A stretch of 64,000 bases of DNA from contig CM052816.1 in assembly GCA_028534125.1 (NCBI GenBank), forward strand, positions 53,260,001 to 53,324,000, in the 5' to 3' direction. Below the pieces are notes generated by a model that was not told the origin of the DNA, made no database searches, and saw only the letters and a program-made list of their open reading frames with translations. Within the stretch, counting starts at the first letter, position 1; each line of letters begins with the position of its first letter. Below, piece after piece: positions 25,527 through 40,091 of this stretch. The stretch is from Lama glama. Lineage: Eukaryota. Position numbers and translations under genes: made by a program.

Positions 25527-25627
25527 ATGTTCCGCTCAGGCGGGCAGTGGCTGCGGGGCCTCCGGCTGCCCCGCTTCCCGCCGCGGGGCACCCCCGGCCG
25601 CCCGCGCTCCGTCTGCAGCCGCGAAGG
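25527..25627 (+). CDS. DMGDH: Dimethylglycine dehydrogenase exon 1 (mitochondrial presequence)
   Basis: gccATG; MFRSGGQWLRGLRLPRFPPRGTPGRPRSVCSREG is Arg-rich and acid-poor; donor GG|gtgagt. Confidence 0.92.
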
Positions 25628-26514
25628 GTGAGTGGGGCCGGGTCTGCTCGGAGACCTGCGGCTGGGCGGCTGCGGGGTGCGAGAGCGGGGCCAAAGCGGT
25701 CCCCAGCTTAGGAGCGCCTCAGACCCCCAGAAATGGGCATTGGGGTTTCTTCTTGAATTACTTATGTTTTCTTTTCCATGCCCAACCGTCCAGAGTGAGA
25801 GTGTCAAAGGGTTTCCGGTGCCAAGACTCTCCTATCCCAACCCCCTTCCCCAGTCGACTGCTGGCAGTGTCTTCTGTATCTATCCGGAGATGGTCTATGG
25901 GGAGGCAAACACAGGTGTATATACGGTCTGTGGTTTACTTATACCTTGATTTTTACAGTATGTCTTGGAGAAGCTCATGATCTAGCTAGGAAGACCCTTA
26001 TACAAATAAACATATCAAGCCACCAAGCAATAATTATAATTAGAGAAGTAGGTACACGGTGAGAGGAAGTTACACGAGGAAGAGCATCGTATTCCATCTG
26101 GCTCTCTTCAGCCTGGGACACATTGGAGGGAGGAGGTGATCCAAGATTATAGATAATGAACTTCATGATGAGTATGGTTTTTTATGATTATAAGTGCTCT
26201 TAAAGTAAACTAAGAAAAATATTCTCTAGATTATTTGAGGAAAGTCATCTGTTCACAATTATTTAGCTCTATTAGTTATTTACAATGGGTGGGGATTACG
26301 TGGAATGGGGTTCAAATGCCTCCCCCCGCAACTGGGTTGCCTAAGTTAAGTTTAGGCTCCTCAAATGATTAAATCAGTACATGGACATCTCACAGGAACT
26401 AGATGTTAAGCACTAGAGGAATAAGTAAGGAGAAGTGCACTAGTCAGGAAAACAAACAAAAAAACTGTAACTATCACAGCCTAGTAAAGCTACCATTAAA
26501 AAAATGTCTTCCAG

Positions 26515-26689
26515 AGAGGGAAACCCACCCTTATCTGCAGAAACACAATGGAAAGACAGAGCAGAAGCAGTGATAATTGGAGGTGGCTGTGTTGGTGTGA
26601 GTCTGGCTTATCACTTGGCCAAAGCCGGCATGAAAGATGTGGTCCTCCTGGAAAAATCGGAGCTCACTGCTGGATCTACCTGGCACGCA
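26515..26689 (+). CDS. DMGDH: DMGDH exon 2
   Basis: ccag|A...GCA|gtaaga; [58 protein letters not shown], with the FAD-binding GxGxxG and the His of the covalent-flavin motif. Confidence 0.97.
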
Positions 26690-28674
26690 GTAAGAAAGAC
26701 ACCCCAAAACTGTTATGTGCACTGAATCATGCACTAGTGAAATTGATTTCTTTCCCTTTCATAGCTTCCACTGTGACTTCTTTAGACTGAGCCCCCTTTC
26801 CATAGTGTGTTGCCGTTGGTGTACTTCAAGGGGGGGTGTGGTGATCAACTTTTATGATATTGATAATCTTAAGAAGATAATCTTGAACATATGGCTTCTG
26901 GATTCAAATCCTAGCTCTGTCATTTTCTACTTATGTGACTTCTGGCAAGTTACTTAAGTTTCCATTTCCCAATGTGTAAAATGGGAATATTAATAGTACC
27001 CACCTTATAAGGTTGTGATGAAGATTAAATTAGTATGTGTAGAGTTACTATGGTAAGTGTTTAGTAAATGTTGGCTTTTGTATCAAAGGATAGTGGCTGT
27101 GTGATCCTGAATACAGGCCTGAGACCTTTACCTCTGTTCCGCTCACCTGGCTTTAGTGGTCCTTCTATATTTATTGATTTATGATTTTAATTTAGTGCTG
27201 ATGGACAAGAGACCATGAGATATTAATAGGATGTTGGGCTAAATGTTTTGAATGAGAGTTTTATAAAAACAAACCCACGTGACCCTCTCAGATGAGAAAT
27301 CATCATCTCATTCTATGAAAATAGCTTTCTAGGGTGGGGACGAAGAGGATTGTTCCAATTCTGATAGTCTGGCTTAACCTCGGTTAGTCTTGAGGATCTT
27401 GAGGAGTGGATGGTGAACAGAACCCTGGGCCCGGGCTTGTGAATATTGATTTTCTCAACTGACTCAAGATAGATGGAAGACAAAATTGGACGTTCTCTAG
27501 GAGACTCCTGAAGGTCAGGGGGTCTCTATTATTGAACTAGAAAAGTTCATATCACACTAGATACCAAGATGTAAAGAAGGATGGGATGTTTGGCTGAAAG
27601 TTAGGGAGCCCCACTCACAGTTACATGTTATGGGGCTGTGCAATGAGAGCCAGCATTTTTCTCCAAAAAAGTAACCATGCATATGTCCACATACTTACAC
27701 AAGCACTTGATGCACAGCTGAGGATTCTGGTCCATAAAGGATGACTGATGAACTTTAAGGGGAGTGTTTTTAAGTTCAGGAGAACCAATTGCCCACCAAT
27801 GCCCACCACTACCACAGAGGAACCTTATAAATACTCCTAAACCAATTTTATTTTAAACAGATTGTGTTCAGATGTGCTTTCCAGGATAAATTAGCTGCAG
27901 AATGAGGGGGCCAGACACTTGACTGAGAGAACCTGCTTCATATAATTGCTTAGAATTCTTTGTCTGGATACCACATTGCATCTGCCAGAGTTGATAAAAA
28001 GGGTTTTGGCATACAAAAGCTAGATATTTTCCTGAGAGTGATTATTCAGTATTTATTCAGCAAATATTTGTGGGTTACAATCTACATGCTCATTCATCAA
28101 ATGGATTATAAACTATGACAAATGTCTGTTCACCAATTCACCAGGTTCTAATTCCCAGCAATTTTCCAATTCTTGGATTTTGGAAATTTCAGGAAAGGGA
28201 ACAGGAGGGCTGCTCCACTCAAGGAAATAGTGGGGACTGGGAGAAGGAAAAGTCTTTGCTTGTTCAAAGTCCTTATCCTTAGAGGAACACACATGTTTTG
28301 CTAGTTTGAGTCCACATTGTACACCATCCCTTCGTATTCTATCCAATGGCATATATTCCTAAAGTCATTTAAGTCATCCTGTTTCTTCACTTGTTGTCCC
28401 ATTTCTGAATCTGCAAACATCCCTTGCCTGAATAACTTTTAGGGACTTAATGTATATTATGTTTGTTTCCTGGCTCTCACATTACTTACATGGTTCAAAT
28501 GGGTTTTTAGAACTGTCACAAGCCTTATGCAATGTGTGTTCTCATCCCAAAGGACTGGTTGATGATTCTCAGTTTCTTGCCAGCAGTAAATTACTTCTTA
28601 ACAGATAAACCATCAACATTTTGAGAATGTTCTCTTTTTTTTTCCCGATATTTCCTTTCCTCCTCACTTTTAAG

Positions 28675-28773
28675 GCAGGTTTAACAACTTACTTTCATCC
28701 TGGAATAAACTTGAAGAAAATACATTATTATAGCATCAAACTTTATGAGAAACTGGAAGAAGAAACTGGACAG
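28675..28773 (+). CDS. DMGDH: DMGDH exon 3
   Basis: taag|GCA...CAG|gtaaag; [33 protein letters not shown]. Confidence 0.97.
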
Positions 28774-29351
28774 GTAAAGACATTTAACTTGAAATTGTCT
28801 TTTAGGTCAGTTTCTCAAAGATATGTTAGATTTCTGAAGGATTTTGATACCATCATGTAGAGCTGTGTGCCCTGACATCAACGGCATGTGTTGTGTTTAA
28901 TGTGGTGGAGATTCTGATGAGCGTTTAAGATAAGAACCTCTGGAGACTGCTTCACAATCAATTTGACTTCTTAAAGTGTTACCTATGTAATTACCTGCTT
29001 TCTTGATTTTTTTAATGAAGAAGAGAATGAAAAGCAGCTTTCAAAAATATCTTTAGTCAGCTGCTGTATCTAGACACTAAGAAATCAGAGCCTTTCAGCA
29101 CTGGATTGCCAGGGATCTGACAAAAGTACGTGACGTATTGTCAAATGGCTTTGAAAAATACTTCACCAAAAGCCCCTCACTTTTATTTTTGTCTCTTCTC
29201 ATATAAAATGGGACTCTCAAAGTGGCAGGCAAGGAGTACTCCTAGACTAAGACTAAAGTCTACTTAAATTAAAAAAAATATTTGTTTATTTATCTTTTGA
29301 GCTGTCTAATTTATTTTGCACACTTTTTAAATTCCTCTTTTCTGGGTTTCC

Positions 29352-29472
29352 TTTTTTTGGGGGGGGTAATTAGGTTTATTTATTTATTTTTTAATGGAGG
29401 TACTCGGGATTGAATCCAGGACCTCATGCAGGCTAAGCATGTGCTCTACCATTGAGCTATATCCTCTCCCCC
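29352..29472 (-). mobile_element. tRNA-Ala-derived SINE (Vic-1-like)
   Basis: ATGGAGGTACTCGGGATTGAATCCAGGACCTC...GAGCTATATCC core with tail. Confidence 0.85.
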
Positions 29473-29928
29473 TTACTTAAATTTTTCATGCTATTTCTCT
29501 TGCCTAAAACCATCACATGGCTCCTCACAGTCTACAGGACAGTAGCCAAAGATGAAGGGCTTTCATCAGCTGCGTCCTGCCTGCCTCTCCAACATATTCT
29601 CTTGCCACTCTTTGCCCTCCTCAGATGCTTCAGCTCTTCTTAATGATGTACAGTTCTGGAATGTACTGGGCTCTCTGCCTGAAACAGCATTCCCTCTGGC
29701 CCTCATTTCAGCATTCACCCTCCACCCTTCCTAAGGGTCATCCCCTTTGAGAGGCTGTCCTCGATTCCCCCACCCAGTGGTCAGGCAGTGCTGAGGGCAC
29801 ATCTCTTGGTTCTAAGACCATGTGTGCACACCCTCTTATAACACAAATCTTTCTTAATCATGGTTGTTACTTTACTAATTGGTCTTCCCTACAAACCATG
29901 GGCAAGTTGAGGCGAAGGACTGCATCTT

Positions 29929-30063
29929 ATTTTGGGGGGAGGGAGATAATTAGGTTTATTTATTCATTTATTCATTTAGTTATTTTTATGGAGGTATTGG
30001 GGATTGAACCCAGGACCCTGTGCATGCTAAGCACACACTCTTCTGAGCTATATCCTCCCATCC
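29929..30063 (-). mobile_element. tRNA-Ala-derived SINE with TSD
   Basis: Same core; perfect 14-bp TSD AAGGACTGCATCTT at 29915-29928 and 30064-30077. Confidence 0.9.
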
Positions 30064-30542
30064 AAGGACTGCATCTTTGATCTGTGTCCCCGACGGCCTC
30101 GCTGAGTGCTTGGCCAACTAAACTAAAGGACTTCCATACCTGCCAAATGAGTGTTTATTTCAATTCATACTTAATTTCATCACTACAATATTCTGATTCT
30201 TCACGTCCCTCCTCAAATCCTTTGTTTTTCTTTTTTTTCTACATAATTTTCTTTCAGTCTGTGCGTGAACACTGTCTCATGTTACTGTAATTATGCATTT
30301 AGCTGTGTGCCTTCATCTGCAGACTATAAGCTCCATCCAGGCAGGGTCTTTGCTTCTCTTGTTCACACCAGCATCTCTGGGGCTTAGCATAGTGACTGGC
30401 ATAGAAGAAGCATCTAGTAAATAGTTGCTGAATAAATTTGTCTTTTTATGCAAAGAAGTTATATAATTGCCTCCTTCACTGCATAGTAAATCTCTTTTCT
30501 TGACATTTGCATTTTCTTGTGCTGGAGAAGAACCATGTTTGA

Positions 30543-30794
<252 letters not shown>

Positions 30795-32069
30795 TAAGAT
30801 TAGAAAATGTTATTTAAAAATTTAATTAAAAATAGAAAAACTTTGTGCACACGTATTGAATGGCAAAATCAGATGATTCATGCTGAAATTTGGGTAAATT
30901 ACAAGGTGGGTAATTATGTATGCTAAATAAAATAAAGGTAGTGAACAATCTTATTAGCTTTCTATCTATGACAACTGAGGAAACACTTTCAATACTTCTC
31001 TGTGACTGTATCCCCCAGATCTAGAGGTTTCTATGCACAAACCTTCTGTTTGAGAAATGCAGAGAAAACAATAACCTGGTGTAGTAAATGTGTGAATAGA
31101 AGGCCTGTGTTACTAAAATTGTTTTTTACGAAGTCAAAGGTAGAGTACATGTTATATTGCTACACAAATGTCACCTGACTCATGGCTGTACTACCCTGAC
31201 AGGCTGTATGTCAGGTATTGATCTAGTTTTAACCAAATCTGGCTGGAAAAATCCACTTGGGAATTTAGTGTCTTTTTGCTGGGTGATAATCCCATTTGAA
31301 TAATAACAACGACTAATACTACACTACCTCACAGGACAGCACATGCTTCTGTACTAGGCGTGATGCTAAGCCCTTTACATGTATAATCTCATTTAATCTT
31401 CACAATCATAATAGAAGGTGTATATTATTACTAAACAGGAAGCTGCAGTTACATAGCGAGCCCAAGCACATCCAGCTACAAAGAGCTGGAGCAGAGATTT
31501 GAAGCCAGGCTCTCTGACTCCTTTGTACGTACTACCTAAGGGTACAAGGTGGGGCTGTTCAGGGAAACAGAGGCTTGTGTTCCTCCCTGGTGACTCCTGC
31601 AGTGTCGCTGATCCCTGAGGGTTCATCGCATTGATCTGGGAGTTGGGTTTGTCTGCCCTGGTGAGTCTTTACAGGCTACTGGCCCTCCCTTGTCTATAGT
31701 TTTGTGTGATGTCAGCATGGTGGCCGATTGGTGTTGGATTGCATTGTCTGCATTGAAATTCTGCCACTACTACTAGGTAGAGTATTCTTAGATCTGTTTG
31801 TATGTCAACCTTGGAATGCTTTGCTGGAAGTCCTCACCATCAGAGATTTTTCTGAAGGACATTAGTCAATGAAATGTGTGAGAAGAGTATTCTCTGGATC
31901 TAGGCAGGGTGCCAAATCAAATAGATGGTCACTGCATGCAGTCACATGGTCACTGTGTGAGGACTTATCCATTATAAAACACCAATGTGACATTTGGAAG
32001 TCTACAGTAAATAGCAAATTTCCATTAAAATCCAAAGTCTCTTGCACTAAACCTATGATAAGAGATTGG

Positions 32070-32505
32070 ATTAGTTATCCAAAACTTCCCACAAAGAAAA
32101 GCTGGGGCCCAGATGCCTTCAGTGGTGAATACTACCAGACATTTAAAAAAGAATTAAGATAATTCTTTACAAATTCTTCCAAAAATAGAAGAGAAGTGAA
32201 CCCTTCCCAATTTATTCTAGGAAGCCAGAATGTATTGCTATGCTACCAAACTTGACAAAGACATCACGAGAAAAGAAAGACCTGTATATCTTACGAACGT
32301 AGATGCAAAAATTCTCCACAAAATACTAGCAAACTGAATTCAGCACATATAAGGAGTATTATTTAGCATAGCCAAGTGGAATTTGTCCTGGTTCTGCAGG
32401 GTTGGTTTAACACCTGAAAACCAATCAGTGTAATACATCGTATGACTAGAGTAAAGGACAAAAACACATGATCATCCCAATAGATGCAGAAAAAAATTTG
32501 CAAAA
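32070..32505 (+). mobile_element. Old L1 ORF2 fragment
   Basis: KLPTKKSWGPDAFSGEYYQTFKKEL followed by degenerate DAKIL..ILAN and HMIIPIDAEK-coding sequence. Confidence 0.8.
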
Positions 32506-33458
32506 GCCTCTTGCTCGTGGTTGGTATTGGATGAGACCGAACTATACTACTTCAGTGCTCACTCCTTGTTTCATCTGAGTTTAATTCTTTGTTTCCCCCA
32601 CAATGCCTACCCTCAAGCCCATGCACAAAGTAGGTTATTTAAGAACTAGTTGTGGAATGACTCAATCAAGTATACATTTTCTTGACACCAGATATATACT
32701 TAACATGTGAATTTATTAATAATATTAAATAATTAAATATAAATAATTGATCAACTAGCATTAAATTTAACAGCAAATTTCAGAAACTAAAATAGTAATG
32801 CTTAAACAAGAAAGAAGTTTATTTCTTTCATTCAGGCAGTCCAGGGCTTGAATGCGGACTCTTTTCCATGAAGATTTCAGGCCTTCTGGATCATTGCTCT
32901 GTTATTCGTAGCGTGTGACTCTTTTGTTCTTATTTCAAGATGGCAGCTAGAGTGCTAGCCATCACGTCTGCGTTCCAGACAGCAGGATGGAGGAAGGAAC
33001 AAAGAAGAAGGGGCAGAGGGCGTATGCCATTGTCTTTTCTAAATGGTTCATGGAATCTGCCATGTGACACTTTTATTTGCATTTCATTGACCAGAACTTA
33101 GTAATAGTTGTAGCTATCAGGTGGAACTAATAGTTGCCAACTATTGGAAACTTTTTGTTCTTAGTGGTCATGTGTCTAAATAAATATTTGTTTTCTATTG
33201 CTATGCTGGGGAGAGGAAAATGGATATTGGAGATAATTGCAAGCCTCTTTCAAATAGCCTGTCTACTTAACTCTCAGTGTGAGTCCTGCCTAGGTCTGAG
33301 CTTGGAGATGGGGGGGAAAACAGAGGAGACTCAGCAATCTGATGCCATGATGCATTTTTAAAGTCCAGTTTTATTAAACATTTGCTGGAAGGATATATTT
33401 ACACTGAATGGATATATATTCATTCATTTGAATATTGCCTCCTTTATGATCAATTTAG

Positions 33459-33686
<228 letters not shown>

Positions 33687-35641
33687 TAGTGAGTTCTTTT
33701 CCTAGTGGCAAAGAAATAAGATATCTAGGCATGAAGTAATGTCTTATACTATGAATGTTGTTATGAAACACTGTGATGCTCCCCTGGTGAACATTTTGTC
33801 TGTTTCTAAGCTACAGAGCTCTCCCTCTATCACTTTGCTCTTGGTGTGTGAGATACGACTCTGTCCTTGGTTTTCCATAGCAAGTTGGTATTGTTCTCTG
33901 TGAGACATTTTATTCTGCTCCAGATCATGTTTTGCCAAATTATGCTGCTTTTTCTTTCCTATGTTCACTGTTTCAATAATAACCAAATTCTAATGTTCAA
34001 ATTCATGAGCAACCTCTTTGCTCTCAATTTGCTTTTTAGAGCAGATTTGATCATTTGTGTTCTTTCTTATCCATTTTGATTACTTGACTCTATTCAAAAA
34101 ACTTTTTAATCCTTTTCCTTTCAGTACATTTTTAAACATATTTCATAATCTTTTCTTTGGGTTGTTCTGTTACAATTTAGACTCAGAGTAGTGGAGGCAA
34201 AAGAGATATTTGAGAGAATCTAACAACTCACTCATTTTCCGTTTGTGGAGACCAATGTCCAAAAAGGTTCTGCTACTTGGCAAAATGACAGTTATGTCAG
34301 AGCCAGGACTTGGATCTGGGTCTTTTGATCCTTGAGTTAACACACTTTCTAACAGGTCATTTTGCCTGTGAAATAATTTTCAAATATCACACATAAAAAA
34401 TAAATTTTGTGCAAATGAAAATGCTTGCATAGTCTAAATTGGCCTAATAATTTATATTTATCTACAGTTTGTAATGGTCAATTTAGAGCCTAAAATAAAT
34501 ATGAGGCAGCTACTAACTTTCTCGTGGTCTGCTTTTTGAGTCATTGCTTAAATTTATAAAATAAAAACCGTCTTTATTATTTATAAAATCAGATGATATG
34601 CTATGAGGACATGGCAGAAACATGTACCCTTAAGATTCTTTCTTCTAAATCATAACTTCTGATTGGTGTTATTTTTTTTTAACAAAGCATTTTTAATGGT
34701 CCTGGAAAAAGTCATATGTCTTCAGTATTTAAGAGTTTAAGTTAATATTTCTGAATCTTTCTAACCCATGACCCACATTTAAAAACCATAAAAATCTTTG
34801 CCTTCTTTTATATAATTTGAAATTCAAAATAATGTAAAATGACTTACCTAAAAAATAAAAGGGCATAAAACATTGCTTTGTTTTTGAACTTTAGTTGTCC
34901 CCCCACCCCAAGGGAATCCCCATCAATTACTCCCTACTGTCCTTGGGCACCCAAGTCTCAATTCTGCTAGAAGACCTAAGGCAACGAAATCATTCATCCT
35001 GTTTTTCCAAGTAGTAAGATTTCTTTGTATTCTTGCAACTTTCTTTATGGCCTTATGAATTCAGCCTCTAAAAACATTTGACAGTTTTCACAGTGATAGT
35101 AAATACGAAAGAAACATGCCCTGACTTCATATCCAGCAGCCATGGCAGACATTGCTAATTGATCACTGCACTCATTTCAGAGAGTCTTGGACAAATCCTA
35201 CATTTTTGTTGACACAGTGCTTTGGGTAGCTACACACTCCCAACTGATATTTGGAGAAATAACATAGAAGACCTTAATTTAACACATTTATTTATTGTTT
35301 TCCTAAAATGGATAAATATTTATTTGTACAATACATTGCCATTGTAATACATTTTTCCCCTCAAACCATAATCTGTGAGGAATAAGGAATCCCTGGAGAG
35401 AAAAAATGATTTCCAAAGAGATCTGACCTAAATCCAGTACACTGGTTACCAGATGAAGTGTTCTGTGCAGCTGTGTAATCTCGTGGGGTGATTGGGGCAC
35501 GGGAGGACAGTACCAGGAGGTCCTGCTTCATTCTTTGCTTGTGATGCCTTTAACTCAGCCACGTCCGAGTTCCTGTCTTTGGGTCTCAATAACTCCAGGC
35601 AGCTCCTTATTCAAAGCTGTGTAAAGAACTGGGCTGTCTCA

Positions 35642-35688
35642 CACAACATTGTAAAATGATTATAAATCAATAAAAATGTTAAAAAAAA
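35642..35688 (+). mobile_element. Extremely 5'-truncated L1-type tail insertion (47 bp)
   Basis: Perfect 19-bp TSD AAAGAACTGGGCTGTCTCA (35623-35641 and 35689-35707) flanks a short tail with AATAAA and poly(A). The same tail occurs on the element at 38105. Confidence 0.85.
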
Positions 35689-38104
35689 AAAGAACTGGGC
35701 TGTCTCAATTCTCAGTTCTTTCTGCATTCAGATCATATCTCTGGCCCATATCTTTTTTTCCTTTTTCTCTTCCGTCTCTTCTTTTCCACTGGACATAAGT
35801 TATTGGAGAATATCTAACTGATCACATATTAGTAGTCCATGGAAGGTGTGGAAGGGTATGTGTTTATTTATTTATAAGTCTGTTTTCAAAAAAACCTTAG
35901 GAGTTCCCTAAAAAGTAAGCCTCAGTAATTGGGGGTGAAGTTTTGGATATGGCCTCTTCTAGAATTAAAGCTAACAACAATTTTATGAATAGAAGCAACC
36001 ATCTGCAGACTGCATCATGCTAACACAATTTGGAATTTGTGTCTGATGGAGTGTTCCCCAGAGTTACTCAGTGAGACCAAGTTGTCTCACAAATTCTGTT
36101 GAGCCCCTCAGGCAGCTCTGAAACCTAATTACAATAACCAGGATATAGACTTGAAAATATAACCAAAAGATGAAAGATGTGAAGGTTGCTGGTATCCACT
36201 CAATTGTACCATAACCTGCTAAAAGTTTCTTTATGTGGAGTCATGACAGAAGGCTGCTGAGTCTTCAGGATATCCATGAAAAAGAAAGTCTAAAAGTAAA
36301 AATTTGTCAGTTTGCTGATGTGTCTCCAGCGCTGTCCAGGTCAGTGGGGATCTTTTGACCAGAAACACATTATTGCTGATGGTGTGACCTGGGCAAATTA
36401 CTCATTTGTAAGACGGAGATAATAATTCCTATCTCAATGAGTTATTATGACCAGTAAATGAGCTAATAATGTAAAGTACCCAGAAAAGTCTTACCACATA
36501 GAAAGCACTAAACAAATTAAGCACAATAATGATGATAATTATTGTGATTATTATAATTATTTTCTTGAAGGTCTATGCCCTGGTCTGGGAAACACTAGCA
36601 TCAGATGTCTCAGCTTCTTGGTACCAGCCTGAGGATTCCCCCGCTCCTTTCACTTGCTGTGTAGACATCCAGCATCCGTTATGCTGGTAAATTGACTTCC
36701 CAGTTTTCAGTGTACGTGCCTAAGAGTCACAGTGGGAAGTTTCCCAGGTGGCTGGCTGGGAAGCTGTATTTTAAATAATTACTGCAGGTACTGTACTGTC
36801 TGCACCAGATGGTCTATAAAATATCTTTTGAGAAACACTGCTATGTAGGTGTTCCTACAGGAGAGAGAATGTAGGAACCTTATTCTTGAGCAAACAGAGC
36901 TGAGGAGCAGTTTCTGGTACTGCTGCCTTCTTGGTGTGCAGTAGGCTAATGTACCTTTAGTACTGCTTAAACACAGTTTCACTTTACCTTCATTCTGCCC
37001 CTACCATCAGGGGCAGCTCAGGGGCAAGGGCAGGAGCTATTTATTATGATGCAAGCTCTTCCTTTGCACAGTGATGAATGTCTCTCTTGACCTCACTTTC
37101 AGTTGACTCATTAAGCCTGAGATAACTTTGTAAACTTTACTTAAGAATTTTCCTAATGTAGTAAAATCAGAAATGTGATTGGGTCATGCCAACATGAAGC
37201 CCAGGGTTCAGCCAAAAACAATTGCTTAACTTTGCCGATACTTTGCTTCAGAGAATGTCACTGCATAAACCATCATTGTCTCTGCACCCTTCATTTTAAC
37301 TCCACTTCTATTAATCACTGCATTTTAAAAAATAGTACCTATTTTCAGTGCTCACTTTTGTTGACTCTTCTTTTCAGTGTTTTTCAGGTGATAACAGTAG
37401 ATGATAGAGGATTCCTCCACATTTGTCCCTCTTCTCTTTGAACTTAGTAGGGTGGGTGATCTGGCAGGGGTTGAAGTGTAGTCCTGGCAAGATTTGGGTT
37501 AACTTGCTTGACATATAGAGGAAGCGAATGCTGCCAAACATCACCATCATAGGGGAAAACAGTGTAGAGCTATGGGGTTTGGAACAATATAGTTATGTGA
37601 TACTTATGTGTACATTTCCACTTTATTTTAATGATTAAATGCATTAATAAGCAGGCAATTAGGCTCAGAAATGTATAAATATGTTTGACTAGGACAAAAT
37701 TTATTTTCTCCAATTTATGTTTTTAATTGAAACGTATATAGGAAGGATACTGCAGTGATTTGTATTGCTAGGCATAATATTTTGGCTATTTATATTTTAA
37801 AACTGCGCCAGTGCATATAACTAGAACATGTGGCTTTACCATGTTTTCCTACAAAGTCCTGACATTGGTAATTGACATATTCCTACCAGTAAGAATAAAT
37901 TAAGTCTTTATTAGAAGACCACCAAACAGCCCTAATGCCCACAGGCAAGATTTCTGGTTTGCAAATGGGTGCTCATTTCTGGGACTGTTATCCAAGTGTG
38001 ACCAACTTAGCTGTTAGACCAAAACAAAACAACAGAACACAAGAAACACAAGGGTGATGTTTAGATGGCACATGAAAGTACATAATCTGGGTTCCTAGGC
38101 TCTT

Positions 38105-38406
38105 TTTTTTAACATTTTTTATTGATTTATAATCATTTTACAATGCTGTGTCAAATTCCAGTGTTCAGCACAATTTTTCAGTCATACATGGACATATACA
38201 CACTCATTGTCACATTTTTTTCTCTATGAGCTACCATAACATTTTGTGCATATTTCCCTGTGCTATACAGTGTAATCTTGTTTATCTATTCTACAATTTT
38301 GAAATCCCATCTATCCCTTCCCACCATCCACCCCCTTGGTAACCACAAGTTTGTATTCTATGTCTATGAGTCTATTTCTGTTCTGTATTTATGCTTTGTT
38401 TTTTTG
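38105..38406 (-). mobile_element. L1 3' end fragment with TSD
   Basis: Poly(T) and antisense L1 3'UTR; 12-bp TSD TCCTAGGCTCTT at 38093-38104 and 38407-38418. Confidence 0.85.
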
Positions 38407-39686
38407 TCCTAGGCTCTTAATTGATGATTTGCATCTAGTGCTGAACTTTATAATGACAGAAACTTCAGAACTCCTTATTAGTTTGAAAAAAAAAAAGCAG
38501 AGACAGAAATGGTTAAAAATCTAGAGAATGCAACCTCTAAAGAAATAACTTAAGATTCTCTAGTCATTTGAATGATTATTCAAAATTATTATGAAATAAA
38601 CAAGAAAGTAGAATCCCTTCTCCCCAAATAATTCATTAATGGGTCAGGTGACCCCACATCCCTGCCAAATAATCATTTTTTATCATTTTAGATTTTCAAA
38701 TATCTTTATACAAGTGAAGGAGTCTTGGATTTTTAAAATAGTTTTTCTGTAGCAAGAAAGCCAATAAGACATATCAATTCCAGGGTCTTCCAGTGTAAAC
38801 TTGAGCCCATCTCTTTCTCTTGCTGGACTTCAGTTCCACCTCTGTAGACTGAAGACCAGCAGGGAGAATCAAGGGTCCTTTTAGCCACAAACTACCTGGT
38901 TCCATCTTTTGCAAAGTAAAAAAATAACACTTATTTCTGCCAAGAACACGGTCCCCATAACACTGTGAAGGATGAAGCATAGATTGTGGAATGACCCCTG
39001 CCCCCATTTGTGAGCCCTCCCCACCTTGCTGTGACACCTCCTCCCTCCTGCTCTGGACTCCCAGGGCTTTTGTGCCTTTGCAAGAAAGGATCTTACTAAC
39101 ATACTCAAACTAAATTTTTAAAATAACAGAGAAAACTTAATGTGCTATCTCTCTCCAAGCATATACATTTCGAAGTTTGAGTTAACAGAACAATTCTGTA
39201 TTTGTAGAATTTAGTGGGGTGGGTAGAGGGCCTGACCAGCAGGGCTTTATTATGCATGATTATTATGTTGGTCACATCAACACGGGGCCTCTTCCATTGC
39301 CTGACCATCCCTGTTCTGCAAGTAAGGTCAGTCCATTACTGTCTTTCTTATCAACATTTGTACATTTTATATATTTGGGTTGTAAATTTTTTCCCTTCAA
39401 ATAATTTTTTTTTTCTGCCCACCTTTGCTTCTGGGCAAAATACTTTTTCAGGAATGGAGTTCCCTTAGATTACAGTGTCTTCAAAACTCTGGGGTAGCGT
39501 GAAAGATTGTCTTGTCTTCTCTTCCTCCATTCAGTTTTACAATGACAAAAAAAATTTAAAGTTGTTATGACATTCTTTGGACTTTGCCATGAGTACTGAA
39601 GTCTTCTAAATGTTTTCTTTTAATTTAAATCACTGTATCAGTGTCAGATGTGGTACATTTATATATGTGGTGGCACTGCAAAATGA

Positions 39687-40091
<405 letters not shown>

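Larger units (their letters stand above)
25120..25720. promoter_or_regulatory. CpG island / shared bidirectional promoter of BHMT2 and DMGDH
   Basis: Strongly GC- and CpG-rich in an otherwise AT-rich window. Covers both first exons. GC box CCCGCCCC at 25433-25440; no TATA box seen. Confidence 0.85.

Noticed and set aside
25374..25980. Overlapping GC-rich ORFs up to 195 aa
   Set aside because: Stop codons are scarce in CpG islands; only DMGDH exon 1 has splice and homology support.
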